The notes beneath the pieces were generated by a model. It was not told where the DNA came from and did not search any database. It saw only the letters and a program-made list of their open reading frames with translations. From a virus (taxonomy: Duplodnaviria > Heunggongvirae > Uroviricota > Caudoviricetes): a stretch of 64,000 bases of DNA. The stretch lies in the IMG/VR virus record IMGVR_UViG_3300034283_001314; one strand, 5' to 3'. The first letter of the stretch is position 1; each line of letters begins with the position of its first letter. The position numbers and the translations under genes were made by a program. Shown one piece after another: positions 19,101 to 29,000 of the stretch.

Positions 19101-21034
19101 ATAATGTATCGGCTTCGTTAGATATACCATTCTTAGGAACACCTAAACCACAGGCTATTGAATTAAGATTAAAGCCTGAAAACTTTGAGAACTATACATT
19201 AGTAAGTGGTAGTGGATTTAGACTGGGTATTAGTGCAGATACATCTACTGCAACATTAGATAAATACGGATTTTTTACAATCAATGGAACTCAGGTAGGA
19301 ACATCTTATCCGTTTTATGATGGCAATTATCATAGTGTATTATTTCAACAAAGTGGTTCTAATACTGCTAAATTATATGCAGCAACTAACTATAAAGATG
19401 ATATAATACATAGTGGAGAGTGGACAGGTACAATTGTTAGTTCCAATTGGGAATCTGCAACTAAGTTTGAAATAACTAACTTTATCGGTAATATTGAAGA
19501 AGTTAGAGTTTGGAAAACTGCATTAAGTGAAAGTGTGTTTAATACACATGTTATTATGCCAGAAGCAGTAAATGGTAATGATGTTTACGCATCTACTACC
19601 GATTTATTATTAAGATTAGATTTTGAAAGGCCACAAAATGTAAACATTAATACTACAATTAATAACGTAGCACCATCAATAGAATATGTAAATGCGGTTA
19701 GTGCAAGTGGGTTTGTGGTTGATTCAACATATCCATATAATTACGAAACATACGAAAGAGAATTATCTTTAACAATTCCAAATAGTGGTGCAAGTAGGTA
19801 TTATACAAATAAAGTAAGATTTGAGTCGCAAGAATTAGTAGCAAATTTATCACCAACTAAAAGAGCAACTAAAAAGGCATTTGAAACATCGGCAACGGAT
19901 TCAAATAGAGTTGGTTTATTTTTCTCTCCTAATAAAGATTTAGATTTAGATATAGCAAAATCATTGGGTGGACAAAGTTTTGATGATTTCTTAGGTGATC
20001 CAATGTATGAATATGGATATACAAATTATCCTCAATTAGATTCATTAAGAAATTACTATTTTGAAAGAGTAGGTGAAAGAAATATTTATGAGTTTATTCG
20101 TTTAGTTAAATTCTATGATAAATCTTTATTTGTTAATCTTAGAGAAATGTTGCCGGCAAGAGCCGTAGTAACTACTGGTTTACTAATCGCTCCTCATATA
20201 CTAGAAAGAAGTAAACATAAAATAAACAAACCAATTGCAGAATCGGAAACATTAGAAGGAGTTATTACTGAATCACAAATTACTGAGTTGGATGCTACAT
20301 TTGATTCATATGATTCTACATTAATTGTAAATGAAACTGAGCAAATTATTGGAGATGTTTTAAGTATTGAAGTTGAATTAAATCAAGCAGATGAATATAA
20401 TTTAGAAGGTGATGTTAATTCATTTGAATCTACAATTGGGTTTAACGCAGATGAAATTTCAGCTGGTGAGTATTTAACATACGATGGTATTATAGATGCT
20501 AACTTAAAAGAACCAACAATAACATCCGAATTAGATTTACTTCGTTCAGGACAAGTAGTTGGTATAGATAATTTTGAAAACTATGGATATGGGACTTATT
20601 TTTCTAATGGATATGGTAAATACATATATGAAGAAAATGGTAGTTTTAAATCAAAGGGTATAAGAGCATTTATAGTTACAAAAAAACGTAGTATTATTTC
20701 AACTGATTTTGATGAAAGGGGATATGAGTTTACATATGTAACATCATCTTACGATAAAGAATTAATTGTTCAAGATTTGCATCAAAGTGCAAGTGTAATC
20801 GGTGGAGATATTATTTCAGCCGTTACAGCAAGTGGTTATTTACGAACACATTATTCAGTTACAGGTGATAAACATTTAGGTTTACAAAATTCTTTTTACA
20901 AAGGTTCAAAACAAAATAGTTCTACTACGGTTGATGGAAAATCACCGGTTGAAACATTTGTAAGTAATCCTACTACATTAAGAATCTCACCACAAGGTAG
21001 AAGTAATAGTGAACCAATATTAGAAGTTGAATAA
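16175..21034 (+). CDS. Large baseplate/tail protein (1619 aa) with LamG-like domain
   Basis: YLLKHKGSARGITALLTCYG (baseplate wedge-like); FIGNIEEVRVWKTAL (LamG-like); structural context. Confidence 0.6.
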   Translation: MIAVEEILSDSGLGGIGTSAGGGTGGGTGTPPPSSGENLKVIFRNKSKFKDKLTFPFAGQTYYENSVVSLNSNNLNDSVTILPNIETNFKLKNYIVLTKSTTIKEVEVYDDVVNDRGSGTPKNYIEKVRVSSIRVDVYDLNNALIGTQEYELPTTIELDFDLEQKQNDPIEPKAKNQNITLITNYLNTKLDNELSVKLLSADIPSGVILKSGQGVDILAVPETDYGFTIEVQGLSTFKLKNIRWQYANKFNENSLFNVEEFKIISTDTKVNISKDIFNDNIILLIEVEPNDVNYPKLTLTDKTINVGVEETILGSKTSTKSISIPAGITNTDFVKVITPYTSFNLPINATTLVNKDIVLDLKKDFQNNVGSFKVVLVPYSEFFGDGQVQSIQVNISQLTDIPIIDTIEYPTSVLIPTYTFGDVNFTISFESVVATSVLVYHSKEDDNTQLGKLKGKDSISLNYNTIKKFKVGDSIDLLLVPYNKTIKGEPERISIKFDDSNFYVSTQNLKDELLLAISSQLKIELNNNTYLNHIATFDIDDKQIVVSNWDVDNTTFTKFKTDELGNQIPDGNINKSVVVKLYEPLPANINKNDTLWVSEISALPILQSVILTGTPTDICVPLRSPNFNADVDFVKMQSTGMGSYDDLILSGSATSQQLVEKYLADNFIDIKGVNIDYSDFSNFVKYSSAIERLANFRYKKELVEFYDNRINLLTSLTASATKEIELDTTKIKKSNLITGFDGFENYLTQSVFTSSFVTQFDERGNISVPNTSSINLYETYYDLADSYDKNSNNLLKNNIPLHIVEDSENLDFLLFLDMIGNYFDIIWAYIKGITEQKNISEAASTGISDDLLYDYLKSFGWNPKNLNSNKQLWDYTFGLNGDGGLNEDPIEQYLGGNTERITPEQATKQIWRRIANNLPYLLKHKGSARGITALLTCYGIPASNLSIMEFGGPNIDTVEDAPKFVYNSLTHNLVFDNVSASLDIPFLGTPKPQAIELRLKPENFENYTLVSGSGFRLGISADTSTATLDKYGFFTINGTQVGTSYPFYDGNYHSVLFQQSGSNTAKLYAATNYKDDIIHSGEWTGTIVSSNWESATKFEITNFIGNIEEVRVWKTALSESVFNTHVIMPEAVNGNDVYASTTDLLLRLDFERPQNVNINTTINNVAPSIEYVNAVSASGFVVDSTYPYNYETYERELSLTIPNSGASRYYTNKVRFESQELVANLSPTKRATKKAFETSATDSNRVGLFFSPNKDLDLDIAKSLGGQSFDDFLGDPMYEYGYTNYPQLDSLRNYYFERVGERNIYEFIRLVKFYDKSLFVNLREMLPARAVVTTGLLIAPHILERSKHKINKPIAESETLEGVITESQITELDATFDSYDSTLIVNETEQIIGDVLSIEVELNQADEYNLEGDVNSFESTIGFNADEISAGEYLTYDGIIDANLKEPTITSELDLLRSGQVVGIDNFENYGYGTYFSNGYGKYIYEENGSFKSKGIRAFIVTKKRSIISTDFDERGYEFTYVTSSYDKELIVQDLHQSASVIGGDIISAVTASGYLRTHYSVTGDKHLGLQNSFYKGSKQNSSTTVDGKSPVETFVSNPTTLRISPQGRSNSEPILEVE

Positions 21035-21061
21035 AAATAATGTAAAGAAAAAATATTTTAT

Positions 21062-21070
21062 ATATTTATA
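21062..21070 (+). promoter_or_regulatory. Putative late promoter ATATTTATA
   Basis: Intergenic, 19 nt before ATG 21090. Confidence 0.6.
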
Positions 21071-21089
21071 AAAGAATAATAAACAAACT

Positions 21090-21713
21090 ATGGCATACTT
21101 AGATAACACAACAATTACAGTAGATGCAATTCTTACCAAAAAAGGTAGAGAAAAATTAGCAGCAGGTCAACCATTAAATATTACACAATTTGCATTGGGT
21201 GATGATGAGATTGATTACAACTTATATGATACAGCCCATCCAAAGGGTTCTGCATTTTATGATAAGGCAATTATTGCAACTCCTATTTTAGAAGCTTCTC
21301 CTGATGAAACTCAGGCGTTGAAATACAAATTAGTAACATTACCAAAAGGTACAACAAAATTACCGGTAGTTTCTATCAATGTATCAGCTATTTCAGCTAA
21401 AACAACTGGTGGAACTTTCCCTATTAACCCTTCTACATCTCCAGCAGGAAATAGAAATGGTGGATATACCGCAGTATTAGGTAATAAAAATGCAGGTACT
21501 ATCGTTGGTGAAGGTTTAGCAAATATAACTACAACATCAACTACATTTACAAATAGTGTTACAGCAACTGCAGAAGTAGTAAAAGGAGTAACATTCTCAT
21601 TTATTCCTAATAGTTCATTAACTTCAACATTAACAACAACATTGACTATATTTGGTAATGAAACTGGTGGTAGTATTACTATACCTGTAACAGTTACATA
21701 TGTAGCATCATAA
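21090..21713 (+). CDS. Tail/baseplate protein resembling the N-half of the tail-collar fibre-attachment domain
   Basis: ILTKKGREKLAAGQPLNITQFALGD resembles the P2 gpH-type N-terminus. Confidence 0.5.
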   Translation: MAYLDNTTITVDAILTKKGREKLAAGQPLNITQFALGDDEIDYNLYDTAHPKGSAFYDKAIIATPILEASPDETQALKYKLVTLPKGTTKLPVVSINVSAISAKTTGGTFPINPSTSPAGNRNGGYTAVLGNKNAGTIVGEGLANITTTSTTFTNSVTATAEVVKGVTFSFIPNSSLTSTLTTTLTIFGNETGGSITIPVTVTYVAS

Positions 21714-21730
21714 AATAATAATAAACGAAT

Positions 21731-22954
21731 ATGGCAACATTAGGTTCAAACACAGGAACACAGCTTACTAACGACTTAGCAAATTATCTTAATTTACAAA
21801 GACAAAATGCTAATGGAGTTTTAGATACAACACAAATAGCATCTATTATTAACAACTACCTTACAACGGGTGAAAAGTTAGTAATGGAAACTGGTGTTAC
21901 TACAAATTCTGTGTATAAAACATTTAACACAACTGATATTGTACCGGCTAAAAACGAAATCGTAACAACTGGTTTATGGAGTAATGGTAGTGGTAGTATT
22001 GGTGGAACAGGTGTAGAGTTAGTAACTGGCTCAGATGCATCAGCAGCTGGTCAGAGTGGTTCTGCAACTGATGAGTATTACTACAATGTATACATCACAG
22101 GTTCTACCATTTCTGAATTTGCAGTAGCTTACGGTCATATTAGTGGTGCAGGTGCACAAACTTTAGATTTAGATGATAATGGAACATTGCCTACAAAAGC
22201 AACATACTTCCAATATAGATCACTATTAACAGATACAGATGAACCAAAATTCCGTTTTTATAGTGGTGATACACCTGATGGATATTCATCTGATGACTTT
22301 TATGCAATCAATGTTAGTAGAGCAAATTATAGAGAAAGAATTGATCCAGGTAACTGGGAGTTAGTATTGAGTGGTTCATTGGGTTCTATTAGATTAATAG
22401 ATAATAGTGGTGAAAAATTCAATTTAACTAATGCTGGTACTAATGAATATAATATCGTAAGTGGTACATTGAATTTAGGTACAAATGATCCAGCTATTAT
22501 TTCAACATACACATCATCTAATGGACAAGGTTTTGGTAAATTCTATCCTGATTATGGTATCTTTATACTAAACCCTTCAGCATTAAGTGCTAGTATTGGT
22601 AGTGAATTATCAGGTTCTACTACTACAACTTCTTATGAGTTTAAACATCAAAACATATTTAACGCAATTAAGGCAGGTAAAGATTTCCAAGCTCGTAGAA
22701 TTGAAAATGTATCAACAGCACACTACTTTGTAAGAGTTAACAATAGAGAGTTTAACTTCTCAAATAATCCTACTTATGTAGATGCAACTGGTTCAATCAC
22801 AGAACCTACATTCCAAGCAGACCCTATGACATTTATTACTACGGTTGGTTTGTACAATGATGCAAATGAGATGGTAGCAGTAGCTAAAACGTCTAGACCT
22901 ATTGCTAAATCATTTAGTAAAGAATTATTATTAAAAGTTAAATTAGATTTCTAA
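21731..22954 (+). CDS. Tail/baseplate protein, paralog 1
   Basis: C-terminal ITTVGLYNDANEMVAVAKTSRPIAK; rich in SGS/TGS. Confidence 0.55.
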   Translation: MATLGSNTGTQLTNDLANYLNLQRQNANGVLDTTQIASIINNYLTTGEKLVMETGVTTNSVYKTFNTTDIVPAKNEIVTTGLWSNGSGSIGGTGVELVTGSDASAAGQSGSATDEYYYNVYITGSTISEFAVAYGHISGAGAQTLDLDDNGTLPTKATYFQYRSLLTDTDEPKFRFYSGDTPDGYSSDDFYAINVSRANYRERIDPGNWELVLSGSLGSIRLIDNSGEKFNLTNAGTNEYNIVSGTLNLGTNDPAIISTYTSSNGQGFGKFYPDYGIFILNPSALSASIGSELSGSTTTTSYEFKHQNIFNAIKAGKDFQARRIENVSTAHYFVRVNNREFNFSNNPTYVDATGSITEPTFQADPMTFITTVGLYNDANEMVAVAKTSRPIAKSFSKELLLKVKLDF

Positions 22955-22972
22955 TTGTAACAAATAGATATA

Positions 22973-23009
22973 AAACAAACCCAATCCTAAAAAGGTTGGG
23001 TTTTTGTTT
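22973..23009 (+). terminator. Rho-independent terminator
   Basis: AAACAAACCCAA(T)CCT-AAAA-AGGTTGGGTTTTTGTTT hairpin with T-tract, directly after stop 22954. Confidence 0.75.
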
Positions 23010-23015
23010 AATAAG

Positions 23016-23024
23016 ATATTTATA
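23016..23024 (+). promoter_or_regulatory. Putative late promoter ATATTTATA
   Basis: Immediately after the terminator, 7 nt before ATG 23032. Confidence 0.65.
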
Positions 23025-23031
23025 TTAAGAT

Positions 23032-24159
23032 ATGTTAAAACAAATCCCAAAATCAGATATTAATTTAAGACCTTTTAAGGTATATAAAACATTCCCACTT
23101 AGTCCGGATGCATTGGTATCTAGTGTAGCTATTAATCATAATAGTAGTAGTTCAAATCTTACTGATATTGAATTATCTGAGAATGGATTATATCATCAAT
23201 TAAAAACGATGTATTATAATGGAGATAACGCATTAAATCCATTTTTATCTTATGGTGATTTTAAACCAATATACACTACAAATGATAACTCAAAACAAAG
23301 ATTATTAAATGATAGGACATTAGTAGTAAAAATACCACAGGTAAAATATGGGGAAGGTATAAAGAAAAAATCATTAGAATTATTTTTAGAAAGTACGAAT
23401 GAAACAATTGCAGATGATGGATTTGGTAATTTAAAATCAAATGGAAATTCTTATGAATTATTAGAATTTAATGTAGAAGAGGAAAAAATTATATTTTTAG
23501 ATGTAAACGGAACTTCTTTTACATTAAATTTATGGGCTATTGAATCCGAATATAGTATTGATATGAATACTGGGGTTTTTTATTTTGAGAATGAAGGAAA
23601 TTTACCGTTTACCAATTTGATAGTTGATGTTGAAAATAGAATACTTACATTTAATGGATTAATTACATCATTAGATAATTTAATTATACCAAATGTAGGA
23701 AATGTTTTTTATTCACACGGTATAATAACATTAACTAAAGAAACAGAAATAGGTGGGTTAAGAGAAAATGCATTTAGTGGGAGTAATTTTGATGGTTTTT
23801 ATAAATCTACAATTACTATTTATGAAAATGAATTTTTATTAGTAGTAGGGGAAGATGAATTTAATGCTTCTACAAACCCGTCATCTTATACAGAAACCAA
23901 TATAGAAACGGGTTCAATAAATACTACATTTGAAGGTGTGAGAAAGTGGAGAAATAGTGATAAATACCAAAAATCGGAGTTTGGTGTATACGAATATAGT
24001 TCATCGATAGATCCAACTGGTTCTTATTTAGCACCGTATATTACCACTATTGGTTTATATGATAATAATATGGATATGGTGGCAGTTGCTAAACTTGCAA
24101 CACCTGTAAAATCAATGCCAGACCTTCCTGTAAATTTTTTAGTACGAATTGATACTTAA
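23032..24159 (+). CDS. Tail/baseplate protein, paralog 2
   Basis: C-terminal YITTIGLYDNNMDMVAVAKLATPVK matches the C-terminus of 21731-22954. Confidence 0.55.
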   Translation: MLKQIPKSDINLRPFKVYKTFPLSPDALVSSVAINHNSSSSNLTDIELSENGLYHQLKTMYYNGDNALNPFLSYGDFKPIYTTNDNSKQRLLNDRTLVVKIPQVKYGEGIKKKSLELFLESTNETIADDGFGNLKSNGNSYELLEFNVEEEKIIFLDVNGTSFTLNLWAIESEYSIDMNTGVFYFENEGNLPFTNLIVDVENRILTFNGLITSLDNLIIPNVGNVFYSHGIITLTKETEIGGLRENAFSGSNFDGFYKSTITIYENEFLLVVGEDEFNASTNPSSYTETNIETGSINTTFEGVRKWRNSDKYQKSEFGVYEYSSSIDPTGSYLAPYITTIGLYDNNMDMVAVAKLATPVKSMPDLPVNFLVRIDT

Positions 24160-24162
24160 CAT

Positions 24163-24171
24163 ATATTTATA
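24163..24171 (+). promoter_or_regulatory. Putative late promoter ATATTTATA
   Basis: Intergenic, 20 nt before ATG 24192. Confidence 0.6.
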
Positions 24172-24191
24172 TTAAATAAAAGGATTTTAAT

Positions 24192-24617
24192 ATGGCAATC
24201 AACGGCGTAACAAACAAAGCTAGTATCTTAGATACATACAATAGTAATAAAGATTTTGGAGGTGCAAATAGTGCACAATCACCTGGATTTAATAGTGCAA
24301 CTAAAGCAGGTGATACATACAATGGTAAAACACAATCTCCCATAACTACGGATTTTGTAAAAGGATCATGGCCGGAACAAGGTAATATAAAAGCTGGGGT
24401 AAATGCAGCAAAAGGATTTACTGCTAATGTAAAGAAAAATGCTCTTAAAAATAGTGAATTTACAATGGTAAAAGATGAAACAACTGTGGCAGATTTTGAT
24501 CCATTGAATATGAATAATGATTATTTTGTTACTGGTCCTTCTGGAAAAACAAAAGTTACTGGATATAATCCAACTAAAAGATTTAATAAAGGGGCTCTTA
24601 CAAATCCAGCTGGATAA
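24192..24617 (+). CDS. Hypothetical low-complexity protein (late, possibly virion)
   Basis: Asn/Gly/Thr/Lys-rich 141 aa ORF with its own late-type motif. Confidence 0.55.
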   Translation: MAINGVTNKASILDTYNSNKDFGGANSAQSPGFNSATKAGDTYNGKTQSPITTDFVKGSWPEQGNIKAGVNAAKGFTANVKKNALKNSEFTMVKDETTVADFDPLNMNNDYFVTGPSGKTKVTGYNPTKRFNKGALTNPAG

Positions 24618-25024
24618 TGGCAAGAAAAAAAGTTACAAAAACAGGTTGGGTAGCAAAGAAGAATGGTTATAAAAGTGGATTAGAAGATACGGTTTCCCAA
24701 CAAATCGAATCAATGGGTATTAAGGTAGAATACGAAACTGAAAAGGTTAATTATATTATACCTTCATCACCTCACACATATAGTCCTGATTTTAAATTAC
24801 CTAATAATATTAGAGTAGAAACAAAAGGTAGATTTGTATTAGCTGATAGAAAGAAACATTTATTAGTTAAAGAACAGAATCCTACATTAGATATTCGTTT
24901 CGTATTTACCAATTCAAAGAACAAAATCAATAAGAAATCCAAAACTACTTACGCCGATTGGTGTGATAAACATGGATTTAAGTATGCCGATAAGGTGATA
25001 CCAGACGAATGGTTCTCCGAATAA
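24617..25024 (+). CDS. Holliday-junction resolvase, T7 endonuclease I (gp3) family
   Basis: GYKSGLED, YSPDFKLPNNIRVETKG (PD-(D/E)xK), ADRKKHLLVKEQNP.LDIRFVF, TYADWCDKHGF. Confidence 0.92.
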   Translation: MARKKVTKTGWVAKKNGYKSGLEDTVSQQIESMGIKVEYETEKVNYIIPSSPHTYSPDFKLPNNIRVETKGRFVLADRKKHLLVKEQNPTLDIRFVFTNSKNKINKKSKTTYADWCDKHGFKYADKVIPDEWFSE

Positions 25025-25056
25025 TTTGGTAATTTCAACTATTTTCCGTATATTTG
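25025..25056 (+). promoter_or_regulatory. Bacteroidota-type housekeeping sigma promoter
   Basis: TTTG at 25025-25028, 20 nt spacer, TATATTTG at 25049-25056; upstream of primase. Confidence 0.7.
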
Positions 25057-25060
25057 ATAT

Positions 25061-26068
25061 ATGGAGATAATACAACTATTTGATAAGTACATCGGACCTA
25101 GCAAAGCTCTAAAGAAAAATGAGCATGCATATCATTGTCCTTTCTGTCATCATCACAAACCAAAGCTACAAATAAACGATAAGACTTATAAGTTCCATTG
25201 TTGGACTTGTAATGCCGGTGGTAATCTTATGTATTTAGGAAAGAGAATTGGAATTAGTGAGGTAGACCTAACGGATTTATATAGTAAATGTGGTATTAGT
25301 GATGAAGTTAGAAAAAAATTAACAGAGGATTGGAGTGGTTCTATTAAAGAATTATTAGATCAGATTAATAAAGAAATAGATGAAGATGAAGTAGAAAATA
25401 CATCTCAATTATTTTTACCTGAAGAATTTAAATCTGCATTAGAATTAAGAATTGATAAGAAAAATCCAATTGAAGGACATGCTATAAAATATCTTAAAGA
25501 TAGAGGTATAACAAAAAAACATATTATTAGATATAATATTGGATTTTGTCAAAAAGGGTTATATGCTGGTAGAGTTATTATTCCTTCATATGATAGTAAA
25601 AATCAATTGAATTATTTCATAGCAAGAAGTATTTTTCCTGATGAGAAACAAAAATATAAAAATCCACCTGTATCTAAGGATGTTATAGTTTTTGGTAATC
25701 AAATTGATTGGAAACAACCTATTATTTTATGTGAGGGTGTATTTGATGCAATTGCTCTGAAAAGAAATGCTATTCCATTATTAGGTAAATTCGTTCAAAA
25801 AACACTAATGGGAACATTAAAAAACACTAATCCAGAGGTGTATATTTGTTTAGATAACGATGCACAGGAGGACTCTTTAGTATTATATGATAAAATTAAA
25901 TCATATGTAAAGTCGGTGAAAACCATTAAGTTAGAAAATGGTAAGGATGCGGGTGAAAATAACTTCCAAAATATTTTGAAATATCAGAAAAATTCCGTAA
26001 CTTTAAGTTGGGAAACAGTATTAAGAGAAAGACTATTGACAATTAATAGTAGTTCAATATTAAAATAG
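25061..26068 (+). CDS. DNA primase (Zn finger + TOPRIM)
   Basis: CPFCHHHK...FHCWTC zinc ribbon; KYKNP; LCEGVFDAI; CLDNDA. Confidence 0.92.
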   Translation: MEIIQLFDKYIGPSKALKKNEHAYHCPFCHHHKPKLQINDKTYKFHCWTCNAGGNLMYLGKRIGISEVDLTDLYSKCGISDEVRKKLTEDWSGSIKELLDQINKEIDEDEVENTSQLFLPEEFKSALELRIDKKNPIEGHAIKYLKDRGITKKHIIRYNIGFCQKGLYAGRVIIPSYDSKNQLNYFIARSIFPDEKQKYKNPPVSKDVIVFGNQIDWKQPIILCEGVFDAIALKRNAIPLLGKFVQKTLMGTLKNTNPEVYICLDNDAQEDSLVLYDKIKSYVKSVKTIKLENGKDAGENNFQNILKYQKNSVTLSWETVLRERLLTINSSSILK

Positions 26069-26089
26069 AATTTATCAAATAAAATATAA

Positions 26090-29000
26090 ATGAATAAATT
26101 AAAAAGAATTTATCATATTGCAGACATTCACATTAGAAATCTAAAAAGACATACTGAATATAGAGAAGTATTTAATAGATTATTTAATGATATAAAAGTA
26201 AGGGGAACTGAAGATTCCCTTATTTATTTAGCGGGAGATTTGGCTCACGCAAAATTAGAAATGTCACCGGAGCTTCTTAATGAAATTAATTATTTTCTTA
26301 AGAAGTGTTGTGAATTATGTCCTACTATATTAATAGCTGGAAACCATGATTGTAATTTAAACAATCAAGGTAGATTGGATGTTTTATCACCAATTGTAGA
26401 AGCATTAAATTTACCTAATTTAACTTATTTAAGAGATACACAAAGTTATACCTATGGGGGTGTAAGATTTGATTTATTTTCTATTTTTGATGATAAAGAA
26501 AATTGGAAGTTTGAACCTATTACATCAGATACCAAAAATATTGCATTATTTCATGGACCTATTTTAGATGCAACTACTGATGTAGGATTTCACATTTCAT
26601 CTCGTCATTTTACAACAGAGATGTTTGATGGTTATGATTTAGCCTTATTAGGTGATATTCATAAAAGACAGGAAATGATTTCTCCGAAAGGATGTAGAGT
26701 AGTTTATCCTGGTTCTTTGATACAACAGAATCATGGTGAGGCATTGGTTAAACATGGTTATGCTATTTGGGATATGGATAATCTTTCAGTTGAATATGTG
26801 GATGTTCCAAATGATTATGGTTATTATACTTTACATGTTGAAAATGGTGAAGTACCTGATGTAACCGATATGCCACTAAAACCTAGATTAAGAGTATTGG
26901 TATCTAAGACAGATGCATCGGACATGAAAAGGGTTACAACCGAAATTAAAAAGAAATATAAAGTAGATGAATTTACTATTACTCGTACCGATACATTAAG
27001 TAGATTAAGAACAGGTAATAGAGATGGTAAACTAAATGTAGGTAATGTAAACGATGCTCAATACCAAGCCGGTCTTATTAAAGATTACTTAGGTAGAAAT
27101 TATATGTTGGATGATGAAACATTGGGTAAGATTGAGGATTTGAATAATAAACTAAACAAACGATTAAACGATGATGATTTAGTTAAGAACATAGCTTGGA
27201 AACCAATTAAGTTTGAATTTGATAATATGTTCTCTTATGGTGAGAATAATATTGTTAACTTTGAAAATATGAAAGGGTTAATGGGTGTGTTCGCTCCAAA
27301 CGCTAGTGGTAAATCATCTCTATTTGATGCATTATCTTTTTGTATATTTGATAAAAGTAGTAGAGCATTTAAAGCAGCTAATATTCTAAACAATCGTAAA
27401 ACATCATTTAGTTGTAAGTTAGAATTTGATATTAATGATGAGAGATTTTTCATTGAAAGAACGGCAAAAACTACAAAGAAAGGTGATGCGGTTAAATGTG
27501 ATGTAAACTTTTGGAAAATAGAAGGTGGTGATATCGTAAACTTAAATGGTGATGAACGTAGAGGAACGGATAAAGTAATTGAATCTTATTTAGGAAAGTA
27601 TGAAGATTTTGTATTAACTGCATTATCTTTACAAGGAAACAATTCTTTATTCATTGATAAATCACAATCAGAAAGAAAGGATTTATTAGCTCAGTTTATG
27701 GGTATTAATGTATTTGATAAGTTATATGATTTAGCGAGTGAAGATATTAAAGAAGTTCAGGTCTTATTAAGAAATTTTAAGAGAACTGATTTTACATCTG
27801 AATTAGCAACGGCGGAAAATAAATTAGAAACCTTAAAGGATGAATATGAAGAATTTGAAATTGAAAAAGAAGGATACGAAGATAGACAAGATGATTTGAA
27901 TGAAGAAATAACTAACCTATCGGCTCAATTAGTTCCTATTGATGGTAACTTAGATATTACCCAATTAGAAAGTAAACAATCAACTTTACAATCTCAAATC
28001 ACAGGCTCAGATGCAACTATACAAACCAAATCCGTAAGTATTGGTAAGATTGTAGATGTAATGGCCGAATTGACAATTGCAATTGATAGTAAAAAACAAT
28101 TCAATGGTCTTGATATAGAAGTTGTATATTCGAACTATCAACAACAACAAAAAGATTTAATTGATGCTACAAAAGTTTATGATATTGCAAAATTACATCT
28201 AAGTTCCGCAGAAGAAACAATCCAACATTTGGATAATCATGAATATGACCCTAATTGTAAGTTTTGTTGTGATAATACTTTTGTAAAAGATGCAATGAGA
28301 GTAAAAGAATTGTTACCTCAGTTAAAAGAAGCACTTAAACAGGCAACAATTAATGCAACTGGTATTCAACAAACTTTAGATTCTTGGGAAGGTATTGAAG
28401 AACAATATTCACAATTTGAGGATTACAAAGCTAAATTAGAAAAAGGTAAAGCACTTCATAAAACCACATATTTAGAATTGAGTGGATTGATTACTCAAAA
28501 AGAATTGTATGAAGCACAATTAACGGCGGTAGAACTGGATATAGAAAAATACCACGCTAACGAAACTACTATTCAAAATAATGATTCTTTAGAGGAACAA
28601 ATTGATATTAAGAAATTAGAGTTGGTGGGTGTTAATAAAGACCTAAGAGAGATAGCTGCTAAATTATTAGATATGAATGGACAAATAGTTCAAACACAAT
28701 CTTATATTACATCAGTTACCGATAAGATGCGTGAAGCAAAAGATTTAGAAGAAAAGTTCCAAATCTACGAATACTACTTAGATGCAGTTAAGAGAGATGG
28801 TGTATCGTATGAATTAATTGCAAAGGCTCTACCGGTGATAGAAGGTGAGGTTAACAACATCTTACAACAAATTGTAGAGTTTGGTATCGTTTTTGATATG
28901 AGTGGTAAGAATGTGAACGCTAGGATTGTTTATGAGGATCAGAGCTGGCCTTTGGAGATGTGTAGTGGTATGGAGAAGTTTGTAAGTGGATTGGCTATTA

